42,411 nt of DNA from an uncultured Polynucleobacter sp. (GTDB taxonomy: Bacteria > Bdellovibrionota_B > Oligoflexia > Oligoflexales > RGVZ01): contig CAZUYQ010000003.1 of NCBI GenBank assembly GCA_964624705.1, positions 50,163-92,573 on the forward strand. Direction: 5' to 3'. A program made the translations under genes and the position numbers. The notes under the pieces were generated by a model that saw only the letters and a list, made by a program, of their open reading frames with translations, was not told where the DNA came from and ran no database searches. Every line of letters begins with the position of its first letter. Positions within the stretch are counted from its first letter, which is position 1. Below are positions 1-9,048 of the stretch, piece after piece.

Positions 1-166
1 CGATATTACGAACATCGTCTCCAGGCACATACTCACGCACTTCCTGGAACTCCATGCCTCGACCATGAAATGCGCTCGCGTATTCGCCCGAAAGCGTGTC
101 GGTGGCGAGCCGCTTCGCTTTTAGCTCTAAGTATTTAATCTGGGCAATCAGCTCAGGTGAAAGCAT
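1..166 (-). CDS. DUF58-family protein, N-terminal fragment (gene continues off the left edge)
   Basis: Hand translation of the minus strand from the ATG at 166 gives MLSPELIAQIKYLELKAKRLATDTLSGEYASAFHGRGMEFQEVREYVPGDDVRNI. The G-x-G-x-EF...R-x-Y-x-x-GDD-x-R pattern is typical of DUF58 proteins encoded after MoxR ATPases. The gene starts 8 nt after the MoxR stop. Confidence 0.6.
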   Translation of the reverse strand, partial: MLSPELIAQIKYLELKAKRLATDTLSGEYASAFHGRGMEFQEVREYVPGDDVRNI

Positions 167-174
167 GAATGACC

Positions 175-1176
175 TCAGGGGACCGTGACACTGTCTAAAA
201 TTTTCTGAACTACTTTTTCGGTTGTGACTTGATCCGCTTCCGCCGCATAGGTCAACGTAATCCGGTGACGTAGGATATCCATGGCCACATCTTTAACGTC
301 TTGTGGTGTCACATAATCACGACCTAGCATCAGTGCATTGACTCTTGATGCTCGCTCCAGAAATAAAGTTGCCCTTGGGCTTGCGCCAATTTCAATCCAT
401 GGTTTCATGGCCGCTAGATTAAATTTTTCTGGCTCTCTTGAGGCAAAAACCAAACTTACAATGTATTGATGAATTTTATCGCTTACATGAATGGTATTTG
501 TGAGCTGCCTAATCCGCAGAATATCGCTTCTTGAAATAAGCGATTGCAAGGGCTTCGCCCACTCACCAGACGACGAGCGCCGCAGCATTTCTCGTTCATC
601 CTCGGCTGTGCCATAACCAACCTTGATCTTAAACATAAACCGATCGACCTGAGCTTCAGGTAAGGGATAGGTGCCTTCTTGTTCGATGGGGTTTTGGGTT
701 GCCATGACTAAGAAAGGCTGCTCGAGATCTTGAGTCTCGCCACCAATGGTTACTTGGTGCTCTTGCATCGCTTCTAAAAGGGCGGACTGAACTTTTGCAG
801 GGGCACGGTTAATCTCGTCGGCAAGAACCAAATTGGCAAACACCGGGCCTTTACGGGTTTGAAAGTTTCCGCTGCGGGGATCATATATCTGTGTTCCAGT
901 AACATCTGCCGGTAGTAGATCGGGGGTAAATTGAATGCGCGAAAACTTTAGACCGGTTAATCCAGCGATGGTTTTAATGGCGGTAGTTTTCGCTAAACCC
1001 GGCAAACCTTCCAGCAAAACATGACCGTTCGCGATCAATGCCATGAGAAGTCTCTGAGCAACATGTCTTTGGCCAATAATACGCTCGCCAAAGCTTGACA
1101 GCAATTGCTCGACTTTAAGACCAGTTTCGCGAATTTCTTGTGTCCGACTTTCGTCAGGTTGTGACGATGCACTCAT
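175..1176 (-). CDS. MoxR-family AAA+ ATPase
   Basis: Walker A is GLPGLAKTT and Walker B is LVLADEINRAPAKVQSALLEAMQE. The length and C-terminal region fit MoxR. I chose the ATG at 1176 (MSASSQ...) because GGAGG (complement of 1184-1188) lies 7 nt upstream. The ORF track extends to 1212. Confidence 0.9.
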   Translation of the reverse strand: MSASSQPDESRTQEIRETGLKVEQLLSSFGERIIGQRHVAQRLLMALIANGHVLLEGLPGLAKTTAIKTIAGLTGLKFSRIQFTPDLLPADVTGTQIYDPRSGNFQTRKGPVFANLVLADEINRAPAKVQSALLEAMQEHQVTIGGETQDLEQPFLVMATQNPIEQEGTYPLPEAQVDRFMFKIKVGYGTAEDEREMLRRSSSGEWAKPLQSLISRSDILRIRQLTNTIHVSDKIHQYIVSLVFASREPEKFNLAAMKPWIEIGASPRATLFLERASRVNALMLGRDYVTPQDVKDVAMDILRHRITLTYAAEADQVTTEKVVQKILDSVTVP

Positions 1177-1395
1177 GCACACGCCTCCTTCGTTAAAGAC
1201 CAAATGATTCATAGAGCGTTCAGAAGATAGAGATTCTAACGAAACAGTTAAAGATATTCAATGCTTCTATGATAAGAATATGATTAGTATTTCAGCCACT
1301 TTCGTCTATATGGACAAAAACAAGGTCATAGAGATTGTTTTTTAGTATAGGATTCATATCGCATTTTAAAAACCTGAAAAAAGCGTAATCTAGTC

Positions 1396-3978
1396 ATGAT
1401 GTCAAAGCGCCTCGCCCTGCCGGTCGATCAGATCATTTCCGAACTTCAAACAAAGGTTCGGCAAGGATCGAGGCAAATTATTATTCGTGCCTCACCAGGA
1501 TCTGGTAAAACCACTCGCATTCCTCCTGCACTATTATCTTGTCTATCAGGCCAGATCTGGGTTTTAGAGCCGCGACGCCTTGCTGCAAAAATGGCAGCGC
1601 TTCGCGTCTCTGAGGAGATGGAGCTTGGGACGAACTCGCTTGTCGGCTGGCAAATGCGTTTTGATAGCATGCTAAATAACGAGACTCGGATTCTGTTCCT
1701 GACCGAGGGCATGTTTCCTGTTCGCCTCGCGGAATCCCCGGACCTACAAAAAGTCTCCTGTATCGTGCTCGATGAATTTCATGAGCGGCATGCTCAAACT
1801 GATATCGCATTTGCTCTGACAAGATTTTTACAGACATCGTCGCGCCCTGATTTAGTATTGATTGTGATGTCGGCAACCCTTGATGTTACAAAACTTCAAG
1901 ATCGCATGCCTGAAGCGCATGTCATCGATATCGAAACTCCAGTTCATCCTGTCGAAACCATTTGGTGGCGGGGCGACCCGCAGCTACCCTTGATCGAAAA
2001 AATGCGTAGCGGCGTTACCTCCGTGGTTGATGATCGTCGGCATGCGGGGCATATTCTCGGATTTCTGCCGGGGACCGCCGACATTGTGCGCGCCGCCGAA
2101 AGTTTACGCAAAGCGGTGCCTAGCGATACTTGGGATGTTTTAGAATTAAGGGCGTCGCTAGACCGTCGCGATCAAGAGTGGGTCTTCGCAGAAACTGGCA
2201 AGCGTAAAATTATTCTTGCGACGAATATTGCGGAATCCTCCATCACCATTCCAGGAGTCACAGGAGTCGTCGACTGCGGCTTGGCCAGGGTCCCTAGTTT
2301 TAATCGGTCCAATCTTGTTACTACATTGGAAACACGGCCCGTAAGTCAGGCATCCTTAATTCAGCGGGCGGGTCGAGCTGGTCGAACCGCACCAGGTGTG
2401 GTTTTGAGGCTTTATTCACCGAATGATTTTGCAGGTCGACCAAGCATCGACATCCCAGAGTTACTGCGCAGTGATTTGTCACCCATCTTGATGATGCTCC
2501 TAAACCTTAAAAAAACAGCTAAATTAGACTGGGATGTTTCGGAGCTTCCTTGGCTGGATCCACCACCGGTCGAATCATGGCAAGATGCAAAGAAATTCTT
2601 AAAGATGCTGGGCCTAATTGATGCAAACGAGCAGCTCTTAGATGCAAGGGCAGCAACCCTCCCCACCCATCCACGCCTCGCGCGACTGCTTATAGCTGCA
2701 GAAGCGCAGCAACTCACAATCGAAGGCTGTTGGCTTGCGGCAATTTTATCAGAAGACTCAGGAGTATTAGATCAAGGAACGTTAGCGCACGCCGACGCTC
2801 TTGGCTGTGATTTGCTCGCCCAATACGACCTTGTTACAAGGAATCAAAATCAACCTCGGTTTGCCAATATCGCTCGCACTGCTCGCCAATTGCAGCGTAG
2901 CCTCATAAAAGGCTCCAGTCATACGACACCGAAGGCAACGACTTTCTTAGATCTTAGTTCGTTATTAATTACGGCCTTTCCCGACCGCGTCGCTAAGGCG
3001 CGTAAAGCATATAGTCCTGGGCCTTTCCGAGAATACACCCTATGCACCGGTGGCGATGTTCGCTTGCCGTTGACTTCCGCCGCTGCCCATCACGATTGGA
3101 TCATCGCTCTTGAACTAACATCCTCTCGCAGTATCGGAAGTGTTCAAACTCAAACCAAAACATCTCTGGCGCCGACGTCCGGCAATAATATTGTCGCGAT
3201 TACACGAGCGTCTGGAATTGAGAAAAATCAAGTCACTTTAGCAAACGGCGACTGGCTTCAGGATAAATTAGAGTTTATTTGGGATGATGCTACCGAGCGC
3301 GTTCGCAGTATCGACCAAGTGACCTATGGTATTCTTATGGTCGAAGAAATTCGCAAAAGCCCTCTGCCTGGCCCCGAAGTTTCAAAACTATTAGAAGCAA
3401 AATTACGCGAACGCTGGCCAAAACCATTTGATGATGAATCTGCCCTCATCAGCTTCGTAACAAGGCAGAAGCTTTTGCTTCAACATGGTTTGGCCGAGCA
3501 CGCCTGGGACCTAGACGAGCTAAGGACACTCTTAATCTCGCATCTTGCTGATGACGCTACCTCATTTTCGAGGGTCAAAGAAAAAAACCTGGGTCAATGG
3601 CTACGTGAGTGCATTGGCGAATCAGAATATCAAGCGGTCGAGGCCTGGGCCCCATCCGAAATAAAAGTCGGCGCTGGATTTCATGTGCCCATCCATTATG
3701 AACTTGGCATAGCCCCATGGATTGGGGCTCGCCTGCAGATCTTTTTTGGCGAGATGGAAACACCGAAACTCCTTAAAGGCAGGCTAGCACTTACGGTCCA
3801 TCTCTGGGCACCTAATCAGATGGCTCTGCAAGTCACGACCGATCTCGCTAGCTTTTGGAGGAACGCCTATCCCGCCATTCGCAGCGAATATATGCGGAAG
3901 TATCCGAGGCATTATTGGCCAGAAAACCCTGAAAATGCTGAACCGCCTGTTAGAGGCTCACTCAAACCACGTTCCTAA
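1396..3978 (+). CDS. hrpB: ATP-dependent RNA helicase HrpB (DEAH/RHA family)
   Basis: Helicase motifs: ASPGSGKTT (motif I), LDEFHERH (motif II), MSATLD (motif III), TNIAESSITIPG and QRAGRAGR (motif VI). The conserved HrpB C-terminal domain ends in YPRHYWPENP. 860 aa. Confidence 0.9.
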   Translation: MMSKRLALPVDQIISELQTKVRQGSRQIIIRASPGSGKTTRIPPALLSCLSGQIWVLEPRRLAAKMAALRVSEEMELGTNSLVGWQMRFDSMLNNETRILFLTEGMFPVRLAESPDLQKVSCIVLDEFHERHAQTDIAFALTRFLQTSSRPDLVLIVMSATLDVTKLQDRMPEAHVIDIETPVHPVETIWWRGDPQLPLIEKMRSGVTSVVDDRRHAGHILGFLPGTADIVRAAESLRKAVPSDTWDVLELRASLDRRDQEWVFAETGKRKIILATNIAESSITIPGVTGVVDCGLARVPSFNRSNLVTTLETRPVSQASLIQRAGRAGRTAPGVVLRLYSPNDFAGRPSIDIPELLRSDLSPILMMLLNLKKTAKLDWDVSELPWLDPPPVESWQDAKKFLKMLGLIDANEQLLDARAATLPTHPRLARLLIAAEAQQLTIEGCWLAAILSEDSGVLDQGTLAHADALGCDLLAQYDLVTRNQNQPRFANIARTARQLQRSLIKGSSHTTPKATTFLDLSSLLITAFPDRVAKARKAYSPGPFREYTLCTGGDVRLPLTSAAAHHDWIIALELTSSRSIGSVQTQTKTSLAPTSGNNIVAITRASGIEKNQVTLANGDWLQDKLEFIWDDATERVRSIDQVTYGILMVEEIRKSPLPGPEVSKLLEAKLRERWPKPFDDESALISFVTRQKLLLQHGLAEHAWDLDELRTLLISHLADDATSFSRVKEKNLGQWLRECIGESEYQAVEAWAPSEIKVGAGFHVPIHYELGIAPWIGARLQIFFGEMETPKLLKGRLALTVHLWAPNQMALQVTTDLASFWRNAYPAIRSEYMRKYPRHYWPENPENAEPPVRGSLKPRS

Positions 3979-4043
3979 GAAATACTCCATTGCCGTGTTG
4001 AGCTTAAAAAATTATACTTGGTTACCCTGGAGCACATAAACAC

Positions 4044-4781
4044 ATGATTGAGAAACCAAGAATTCTTCTTGTGGACGATGAACCCTTCATCTTATCGATG
4101 ATGCGTTCTTTTTTGGACGAGAATAAGTTTACGATCAAGACTGCAGGTTGCGGCAATGATGCGATAGCACTGATCCGTAATGAACCATTCGACTGTGTTG
4201 TCAGCGATGTTCGGATGCCAAATGGAACGGGGTTTCAGCTACTAGGTTGGATTCGCGAAATGAATCCAACAAAACCGACTCTTATTTTCGTCACTGGTTA
4301 TTCTGACATCCCCGCTGAAGAACTACTTGCTAAGGGTGCAGACACCTATATTTCTAAGCCTTTTAATGTTGAGGAATTTGCCACAGAAATTGCTCTCATG
4401 ACCAAACCGCTAAGCGAAAGACTTCTGAGAACACCGACCACTTCACAACAAGTACACCATATTAAATTTCAAGCAGCTTCGTTTGAATCACTCACCCGAG
4501 CCGGAAACCAAGCTAAATTTGGTCGTGGTGGGATGTTTGTCGCGATTCCTACCGATAGCATGAAAGTATCGCAGGCGGTTTCTTTTGAAATCGATATTGC
4601 GGACGGCAGCCGATTTAGCGGCACCGGTAAAATTCTTTGGATTCGCAGAACGGGAAGCCTTAACCCTCTAAACGCGGGAGTTGGTATCATTTTTGAAACT
4701 CTCGAACCAAACTCGGCGGAACGTTTTATTCAGTTTGTTGAAGACCGCGCCCCTGTCGAAGTCATACCAAGAGATTGTTAA
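4044..4781 (+). CDS. Response regulator: receiver domain fused to a PilZ-like domain
   Basis: The N-terminus has LLVDDEP, phospho-acceptor context VVSDVRMP, and SKPF. The C-terminal ~100 aa (RGGMFVAIP...GKILWIRR...GVGIIFETL) looks like a PilZ/TIGR02266-type beta-barrel. GGAG lies 11 nt upstream of the ATG. Confidence 0.8.
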   Translation: MIEKPRILLVDDEPFILSMMRSFLDENKFTIKTAGCGNDAIALIRNEPFDCVVSDVRMPNGTGFQLLGWIREMNPTKPTLIFVTGYSDIPAEELLAKGADTYISKPFNVEEFATEIALMTKPLSERLLRTPTTSQQVHHIKFQAASFESLTRAGNQAKFGRGGMFVAIPTDSMKVSQAVSFEIDIADGSRFSGTGKILWIRRTGSLNPLNAGVGIIFETLEPNSAERFIQFVEDRAPVEVIPRDC

Positions 4782-5926
4782 TGAGTAATAAAAACCAAGA
4801 CAGTTCTACAGGTAAACTTTCACCGGAAACAAAACTTCAACACGCCGGCGCCGAGCATCGTTTAGGCACCGGAATTATCGGAGCGTTGGAAAACGCCATT
4901 ACATTTGCGACTCCGCGAGTGGAGGAAGCTCCCGTCTACTCAAGACTTGGTAACACAACCAACCATCGGGAGCTGGAAGCCCTTCTGGCGTCCTGTCATG
5001 GCTGTACAGATGCCATTGCAACAGGCAGCGGGATGAGCGCTTTTTCTCTCCTCTTCTTCTCAATTTTACGACCTGGAGATCACGTCTTAGTCTCGTCTGG
5101 ATGTTATGGCGGAACCTTTAACTTTATGACCAAGATCTTAAAACCTTGGGGAATCGACACCAGCTTTGCACCGATATCCGAGTGGGATAAGCTAGTTAAA
5201 AAAAAAACGAAGATGGTGCTGACAGAAAGTATTACCAACCCTTTTTGTATCCCCCAAGATCTAGCGGAAGCCGTCAAGGTCGCAAAGAACCATGGACTGA
5301 TCTCCATCTGCGATAATACATTTGCAAGTCCCGTCCTCTGCAGGCCGCTTTTGATCGGTTTTGATTTAGTGATGGAAAGTGCGACTAAGTACCTCAATGG
5401 CCACTCTGATGTCATTGCAGGTATGATTGCCGGTCGCAACGATTTAATTACGATCATGCGTGCGCCTCATGCATACCTCGGAACTTTTTTACCAACTCCG
5501 CAATGTTTACAACTTATACGCGGTTTACGTACACTTGAAGTTCGGATGGAGGCCCATAACCGCAATGGTGCTCAGTTTGCTCAAGCAATGCGTCAAGCCT
5601 CGATTGCAGCAGACGTCTACTATGGGATCGATCCACCTCACAAAAATGCCAGTTTCTTCCCGCGTGGTTTTGGCGGCATGGTAACGGTGCGATTCAAATC
5701 CGATATCTCTGTTAAAAAAATGATGCGTTCGATGAAACTTGTGGCCGACGTGCCAAGTTTGGGCGGCACGGAATCCTCAGCTACAATGCCTGCATTTACA
5801 ACCAATTGGTTTATGTCCGACGAAGAAAAGTTAAACATGGGTATCGATGAGCAGTTAGTGAGATTTAGCATCGGCCTGGAAAATCCGCGAGACATTGTTA
5901 ATGATGTCATACAGGCGGCGAAATAA
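4781..5926 (+). CDS. Cys/Met-metabolism PLP-dependent enzyme (cystathionine gamma-synthase/beta-lyase/gamma-lyase family)
   Basis: The PLP-lysine motif SATKYLNGHSDVIAG is present, along with an N-terminal YSR...N-T region, and the overall length is typical of MetB/MetC/MetZ. The ATG at 4781 overlaps the upstream TAA (TAATG). The ORF track begins at TTG 4775. Confidence 0.85.
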   Translation: MSNKNQDSSTGKLSPETKLQHAGAEHRLGTGIIGALENAITFATPRVEEAPVYSRLGNTTNHRELEALLASCHGCTDAIATGSGMSAFSLLFFSILRPGDHVLVSSGCYGGTFNFMTKILKPWGIDTSFAPISEWDKLVKKKTKMVLTESITNPFCIPQDLAEAVKVAKNHGLISICDNTFASPVLCRPLLIGFDLVMESATKYLNGHSDVIAGMIAGRNDLITIMRAPHAYLGTFLPTPQCLQLIRGLRTLEVRMEAHNRNGAQFAQAMRQASIAADVYYGIDPPHKNASFFPRGFGGMVTVRFKSDISVKKMMRSMKLVADVPSLGGTESSATMPAFTTNWFMSDEEKLNMGIDEQLVRFSIGLENPRDIVNDVIQAAK

Positions 5927-5961
5927 TCGCTTTTTATATAGCTCGAGAAGAACTCGTTGAC

Positions 5962-6243
5962 ATGCGTACAAAAAAAACGAAAAAAGAATCGGTTTCAGTA
6001 GATATCATAAGCCCATCCTCGCTTTCCGTGACCAACTATTTCCACATCGGCGATATCGTGCTGATGGGAAAATACAAAAATGCGCGCGGAAAAATTATTG
6101 GCTTTGGCGAAGATAAGTGGAGCAACCCTACTGTTGAGATTGAGCCTATTCCTAAGGGGCGCAAGCAAAACAAAGTCATCGGATTGTTCAAAATCTGGCG
6201 AGCTGATGTAAAAGAAAAAGAAAAAGAAAAAGAAAATCGCTAA
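5962..6243 (+). CDS. Hypothetical small basic protein with a KOW-like G-D-I-V...G-K...G-K-I segment and a (KE)n tail
   Basis: 93-aa ORF with no competing ORF. No clear SD and no family recognised. Confidence 0.4.
   Translation: MRTKKTKKESVSVDIISPSSLSVTNYFHIGDIVLMGKYKNARGKIIGFGEDKWSNPTVEIEPIPKGRKQNKVIGLFKIWRADVKEKEKEKENR
6211..6236 (+). repeat. Hexanucleotide tandem repeat (AAAGAA)x4 plus a partial unit, encoding the KEKEKEKE tail
   Basis: Direct reading of aaagaaaaagaaaaagaaaaagaaaa at the 3' end of ORF 5962..6243. Confidence 0.7.
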
Positions 6244-6246
6244 ATC

Positions 6247-7020
6247 TCAAAGACGCCAGCCGATCGAAAAATTCGCAAAGCTCACAAGCTTACTCCCTTG
6301 GATGGTACTGCGCGCTTCGCCTTCAACTTCTGTGTCGTTTCCGCCACCCGACCAATTTGATTTCGTCATCTTTGAAAATTTGAACCCCATCACAGTCCAT
6401 TCAATGACGATGCTCTCTTCCGCAAGCCAAGATAGAAGTAAGCCTGCACCGAAAGATCCTCCTAACGCTGTTAATTTGCCGTTACTGCATGTATCAGCGT
6501 TCATTCCAGATCCACATTTGGAATTGACAGCCCATTGATGCAGACCAAACTCGCTACTAAGCCCAAGAGGGAAAGTTTGGGACGGCCACCATTGAAACCG
6601 TCCACCTAGACTTTGTGAAGTGGTTATAAATGTATAACGACTATCGATATTACCAGCAGTAAATCGACCGACCCCAGCACTCACAGACCAAGCGATCGCC
6701 GGATCAATCCACTGCAGCCAGCGTGCAGACAACGTTGTCCACAAAGCTGATTCACCTCCTCCGAGCAAAACCGCACGTTTTGCTAGTTTACGTCGTTCTC
6801 CCTGCGAGAGTTCTAAATCTCGCTCAGGATGACTCAACCATTCTGTTTCACTTTCAGCAATATCCTGGTCATTGTACTCGTCATAAAGCTCTTCCCCGGT
6901 AAACGCACTGCCGTTCATTGAGCTAACGAGAAAGCCTTCTGCAAGACCTGGATGACTTGAACAAATGGCAACATAAGTTAAGCAAATTCTGGTGAGAAAG
7001 ACTGGAGACGTAGTGCTCAT
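6247..7020 (-). CDS. Hypothetical exported protein, outer-membrane beta-barrel-like
   Basis: The N-terminus is hydrophobic. The C-terminal half is Gly/Ser/Trp-rich with alternating hydrophobic residues and ends in ANFSIGWRL. The start lies 1 nt after the HD-GYP stop, so the two are probably one operon. No family recognised. Confidence 0.5.
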   Translation of the reverse strand: MSTTSPVFLTRICLTYVAICSSHPGLAEGFLVSSMNGSAFTGEELYDEYNDQDIAESETEWLSHPERDLELSQGERRKLAKRAVLLGGGESALWTTLSARWLQWIDPAIAWSVSAGVGRFTAGNIDSRYTFITTSQSLGGRFQWWPSQTFPLGLSSEFGLHQWAVNSKCGSGMNADTCSNGKLTALGGSFGAGLLLSWLAEESIVIEWTVMGFKFSKMTKSNWSGGGNDTEVEGEARSTIQGSKLVSFANFSIGWRL

Positions 7021-7021
7021 A

Positions 7022-8002
7022 TTATTTTACCCGCTGTAATAAGGTCAGCATCACTTTATAACAATCAGAATCTAGTTGTTGTAAAAACCGATGTCGGATG
7101 AGGTCCATGGCTTCATAACGACTTCGACTTGGCTGATACGGTCTATTCGTGGTCAATGCATCAAAAGTATCGGCAAATGCTGCAATCCTAACCTCTTGCA
7201 TCAAATCGACGGCCTGAAGCTGATGAGGATAACCACCGCCATCAAGTCGTTCGTGATGATGTAAAATGATCTCGCGAGGGACCAGCCCGAGCTTTGTGTG
7301 GTCAATCTGTTCAATTCCATATTCGGGGTGGGTACGGATTTTGGACCACTCGTCGCCATTCAGAGGACCAACTTTATTGAGAATTGCGAGATCAATTTTG
7401 CTTTTACCTACGTCATGAAATAAACAACCAATACTAATCTCTTGTAGCTGTTGTTCATTGGTTAAACCCATTTCAATGGCAATGGCGAGCGCATAAGCTG
7501 CGACACGCGCACTATGATAATAGGTATACCAATCATGATTTGCTAATTTGCCCAAAGCCGCGACGCAGGTATTGTCTTCTCGCATAACATCGACCAATTG
7601 CTTCGCGATTTCAGTGCCCTTAGCAAACGATGACGCTGTCATAGGATGGTCATAAAGGAGTTTCGTTAATTCCGCGCCCACATCCGTAATACTTAAAATT
7701 CGCTCAGCAGGAGCTAGACTTAAATCGACTAGAGGGATGCCGGCAATCCTATGGTACGCATCAACTTTTGCTTGATCAGTGGTATGATAGTAAAGAGCAG
7801 CATGTCCTTCTTTTAGTAAGCGGTCTATTTCTCCACGGTGCCATTGATAGGTAGGTGGTGCAAATAGAATGTATTGTCCCTCAACTAATACGAACAGAGC
7901 GAAGTCAGTCGTCGTTTCCGAATGAATCTGCTCCAAAGAAAGTGTCGCGCTTTCTGCTTTCGTTAAGACCCATGCTTTCGGCGATGTCTGAGATTGTGCC
8001 AT
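7022..8002 (-). CDS. HD-GYP domain protein (putative c-di-GMP phosphodiesterase)
   Basis: Motifs seen: HSARVAAYA, LFHDVGK, and HHERLDGGGYP (the HD-GYP signature). 326 aa. Confidence 0.85.
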   Translation of the reverse strand: MAQSQTSPKAWVLTKAESATLSLEQIHSETTTDFALFVLVEGQYILFAPPTYQWHRGEIDRLLKEGHAALYYHTTDQAKVDAYHRIAGIPLVDLSLAPAERILSITDVGAELTKLLYDHPMTASSFAKGTEIAKQLVDVMREDNTCVAALGKLANHDWYTYYHSARVAAYALAIAIEMGLTNEQQLQEISIGCLFHDVGKSKIDLAILNKVGPLNGDEWSKIRTHPEYGIEQIDHTKLGLVPREIILHHHERLDGGGYPHQLQAVDLMQEVRIAAFADTFDALTTNRPYQPSRSRYEAMDLIRHRFLQQLDSDCYKVMLTLLQRVK

Positions 8003-8019
8003 TTGAACCGGAGACTCCT

Positions 8020-8553
8020 ATGCATGCTCACTTCAATAGATTACTTGCTTCGGTGTCCATCAGTCTAGCCTTTGTCGCACTATTCCCAAAGTCTTCGTCA
8101 GCAGCGGACCTCGGAACTGGCATTGTAGCTGTAGAAGACGGTGATGATCGCTTTAGACCGGCGGCAGTTTTGCATTTTGCTGCAGCCAATGGTTTTATAA
8201 CTCGCGCCTACGCCTACGGACGTGATTACGGTCCGGTACGTGAGCGGGATTTTATTTTGTCGCTGGGTAAACGTTTTGATCTCTCAAATAAAACCTGGCA
8301 AGCCCATGTTTCCGCGGCATTGATGAGTGATACGACCGAGCTTCGCTACTCGGAACACCCAGAAGACAACGCAAGCTTTACGAGTACGAACGTCGGTATG
8401 GCATTTGGGATTCACTGGTTATTTATCGATAACAAAGCTTTACAAGTGCGTGCTACCTGGGACAGCCATGTCTTTCCAGCGGGTGCCGCCATCATTTATC
8501 TCGCCAATGCTCGTAAAAGCACGCTGGGATTAACTGCAGGAATTCCATTTTAA
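8020..8553 (+). CDS. Hypothetical exported protein, small beta-barrel-like (ends in ...GIPF)
   Basis: Starting from the ATG at 8020 gives a signal peptide, MHAHFNRLLASVSISLAFVALFPKSSSAAD. GGAG at 8010-8013 lies 6 nt upstream. The track ORF start at 7855 would overlap the HD-GYP gene by 148 nt. Confidence 0.55.
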   Translation: MHAHFNRLLASVSISLAFVALFPKSSSAADLGTGIVAVEDGDDRFRPAAVLHFAAANGFITRAYAYGRDYGPVRERDFILSLGKRFDLSNKTWQAHVSAALMSDTTELRYSEHPEDNASFTSTNVGMAFGIHWLFIDNKALQVRATWDSHVFPAGAAIIYLANARKSTLGLTAGIPF

Positions 8554-8568
8554 GAAGGAAATCGCGAC

Positions 8569-9006
8569 GTGAAATATACGATTCAAATTCTTGCAGCGAT
8601 GACATCCTTGCTGTTGATAAACAACAAAGTGGACGCTGGAACCCTAAGCCTACGTATTGGTCCTGCTGCATCCGGTGCTGGCGGAACAAATCCTGTCGGC
8701 ATACCACCTGGTATTCAAGATTTAGATATTGGCTATGTGACGGCATCAAAATGGGAATCGACATTTTCAGTTTTTCCCGGGATTTTCTTAGGCAAACGCC
8801 TCGATTTCGGTGGACCATATATGAGCGTCGGTGGTGGTTTAGTCATTAGCCAAAACGGCATTGGGCCTGGCCCATACACAGCCTTTGGTTGGGATATCGG
8901 AAGTGGATCGGTCCGCTTCAATATGGAATACAAACAGGCATTAGGTCTTACTTCTAGTGGGATCGCGGGGCCCTATGCTGTCCGCCTAGGAATTGCCTGG
9001 TACTAG
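8569..9006 (+). CDS. Hypothetical Gly-rich exported protein, small beta-barrel-like (ends in ...GIAWY)
   Basis: GTG start with AAGGAA upstream. Signal peptide MKYTIQILAAMTSLLLINNKVDA. The C-terminal residue is aromatic. Confidence 0.55.
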   Translation: MKYTIQILAAMTSLLLINNKVDAGTLSLRIGPAASGAGGTNPVGIPPGIQDLDIGYVTASKWESTFSVFPGIFLGKRLDFGGPYMSVGGGLVISQNGIGPGPYTAFGWDIGSGSVRFNMEYKQALGLTSSGIAGPYAVRLGIAWY

Positions 9007-9048
9007 TTTTACAAACGTGAATTAGATTTTTGGCGGAGGGTTTTGACT

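Noticed and set aside
1446-3763. Minus-strand ORFs inside hrpB (1446-1712, 1481-1876, 2412-2717, 3575-3763).
   Set aside because: They are shadow ORFs antisense to a motif-rich, clearly homologous helicase gene, with low-complexity or Arg/Ser-rich translations. The same reasoning applies to other antisense or alternative-frame track ORFs embedded in confident genes. Examples are 4469-4690, 5104-5457, 5460-5684, 5638-5910, 9861-11624, 12356-13495, 15927-16202, 17669-18083, 30968-31306, 37776-41326 and 41742-42092.
5198-5207. A10 homopolymer inside the PLP-enzyme gene (also A8 tracts at the 5' end and middle of the ART gene) as possible phase-variation switches.
   Set aside because: The tracts are short for slipped-strand switching and encode plausible Lys runs. 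There is no evidence of frame disruption.
7855-8019. N-terminal extension of the 8020-8553 ORF, which would overlap the HD-GYP gene by 148 nt.
   Set aside because: The extension has no signal peptide or SD. The ATG at 8020 gives a textbook signal peptide with GGAG 6 nt upstream.
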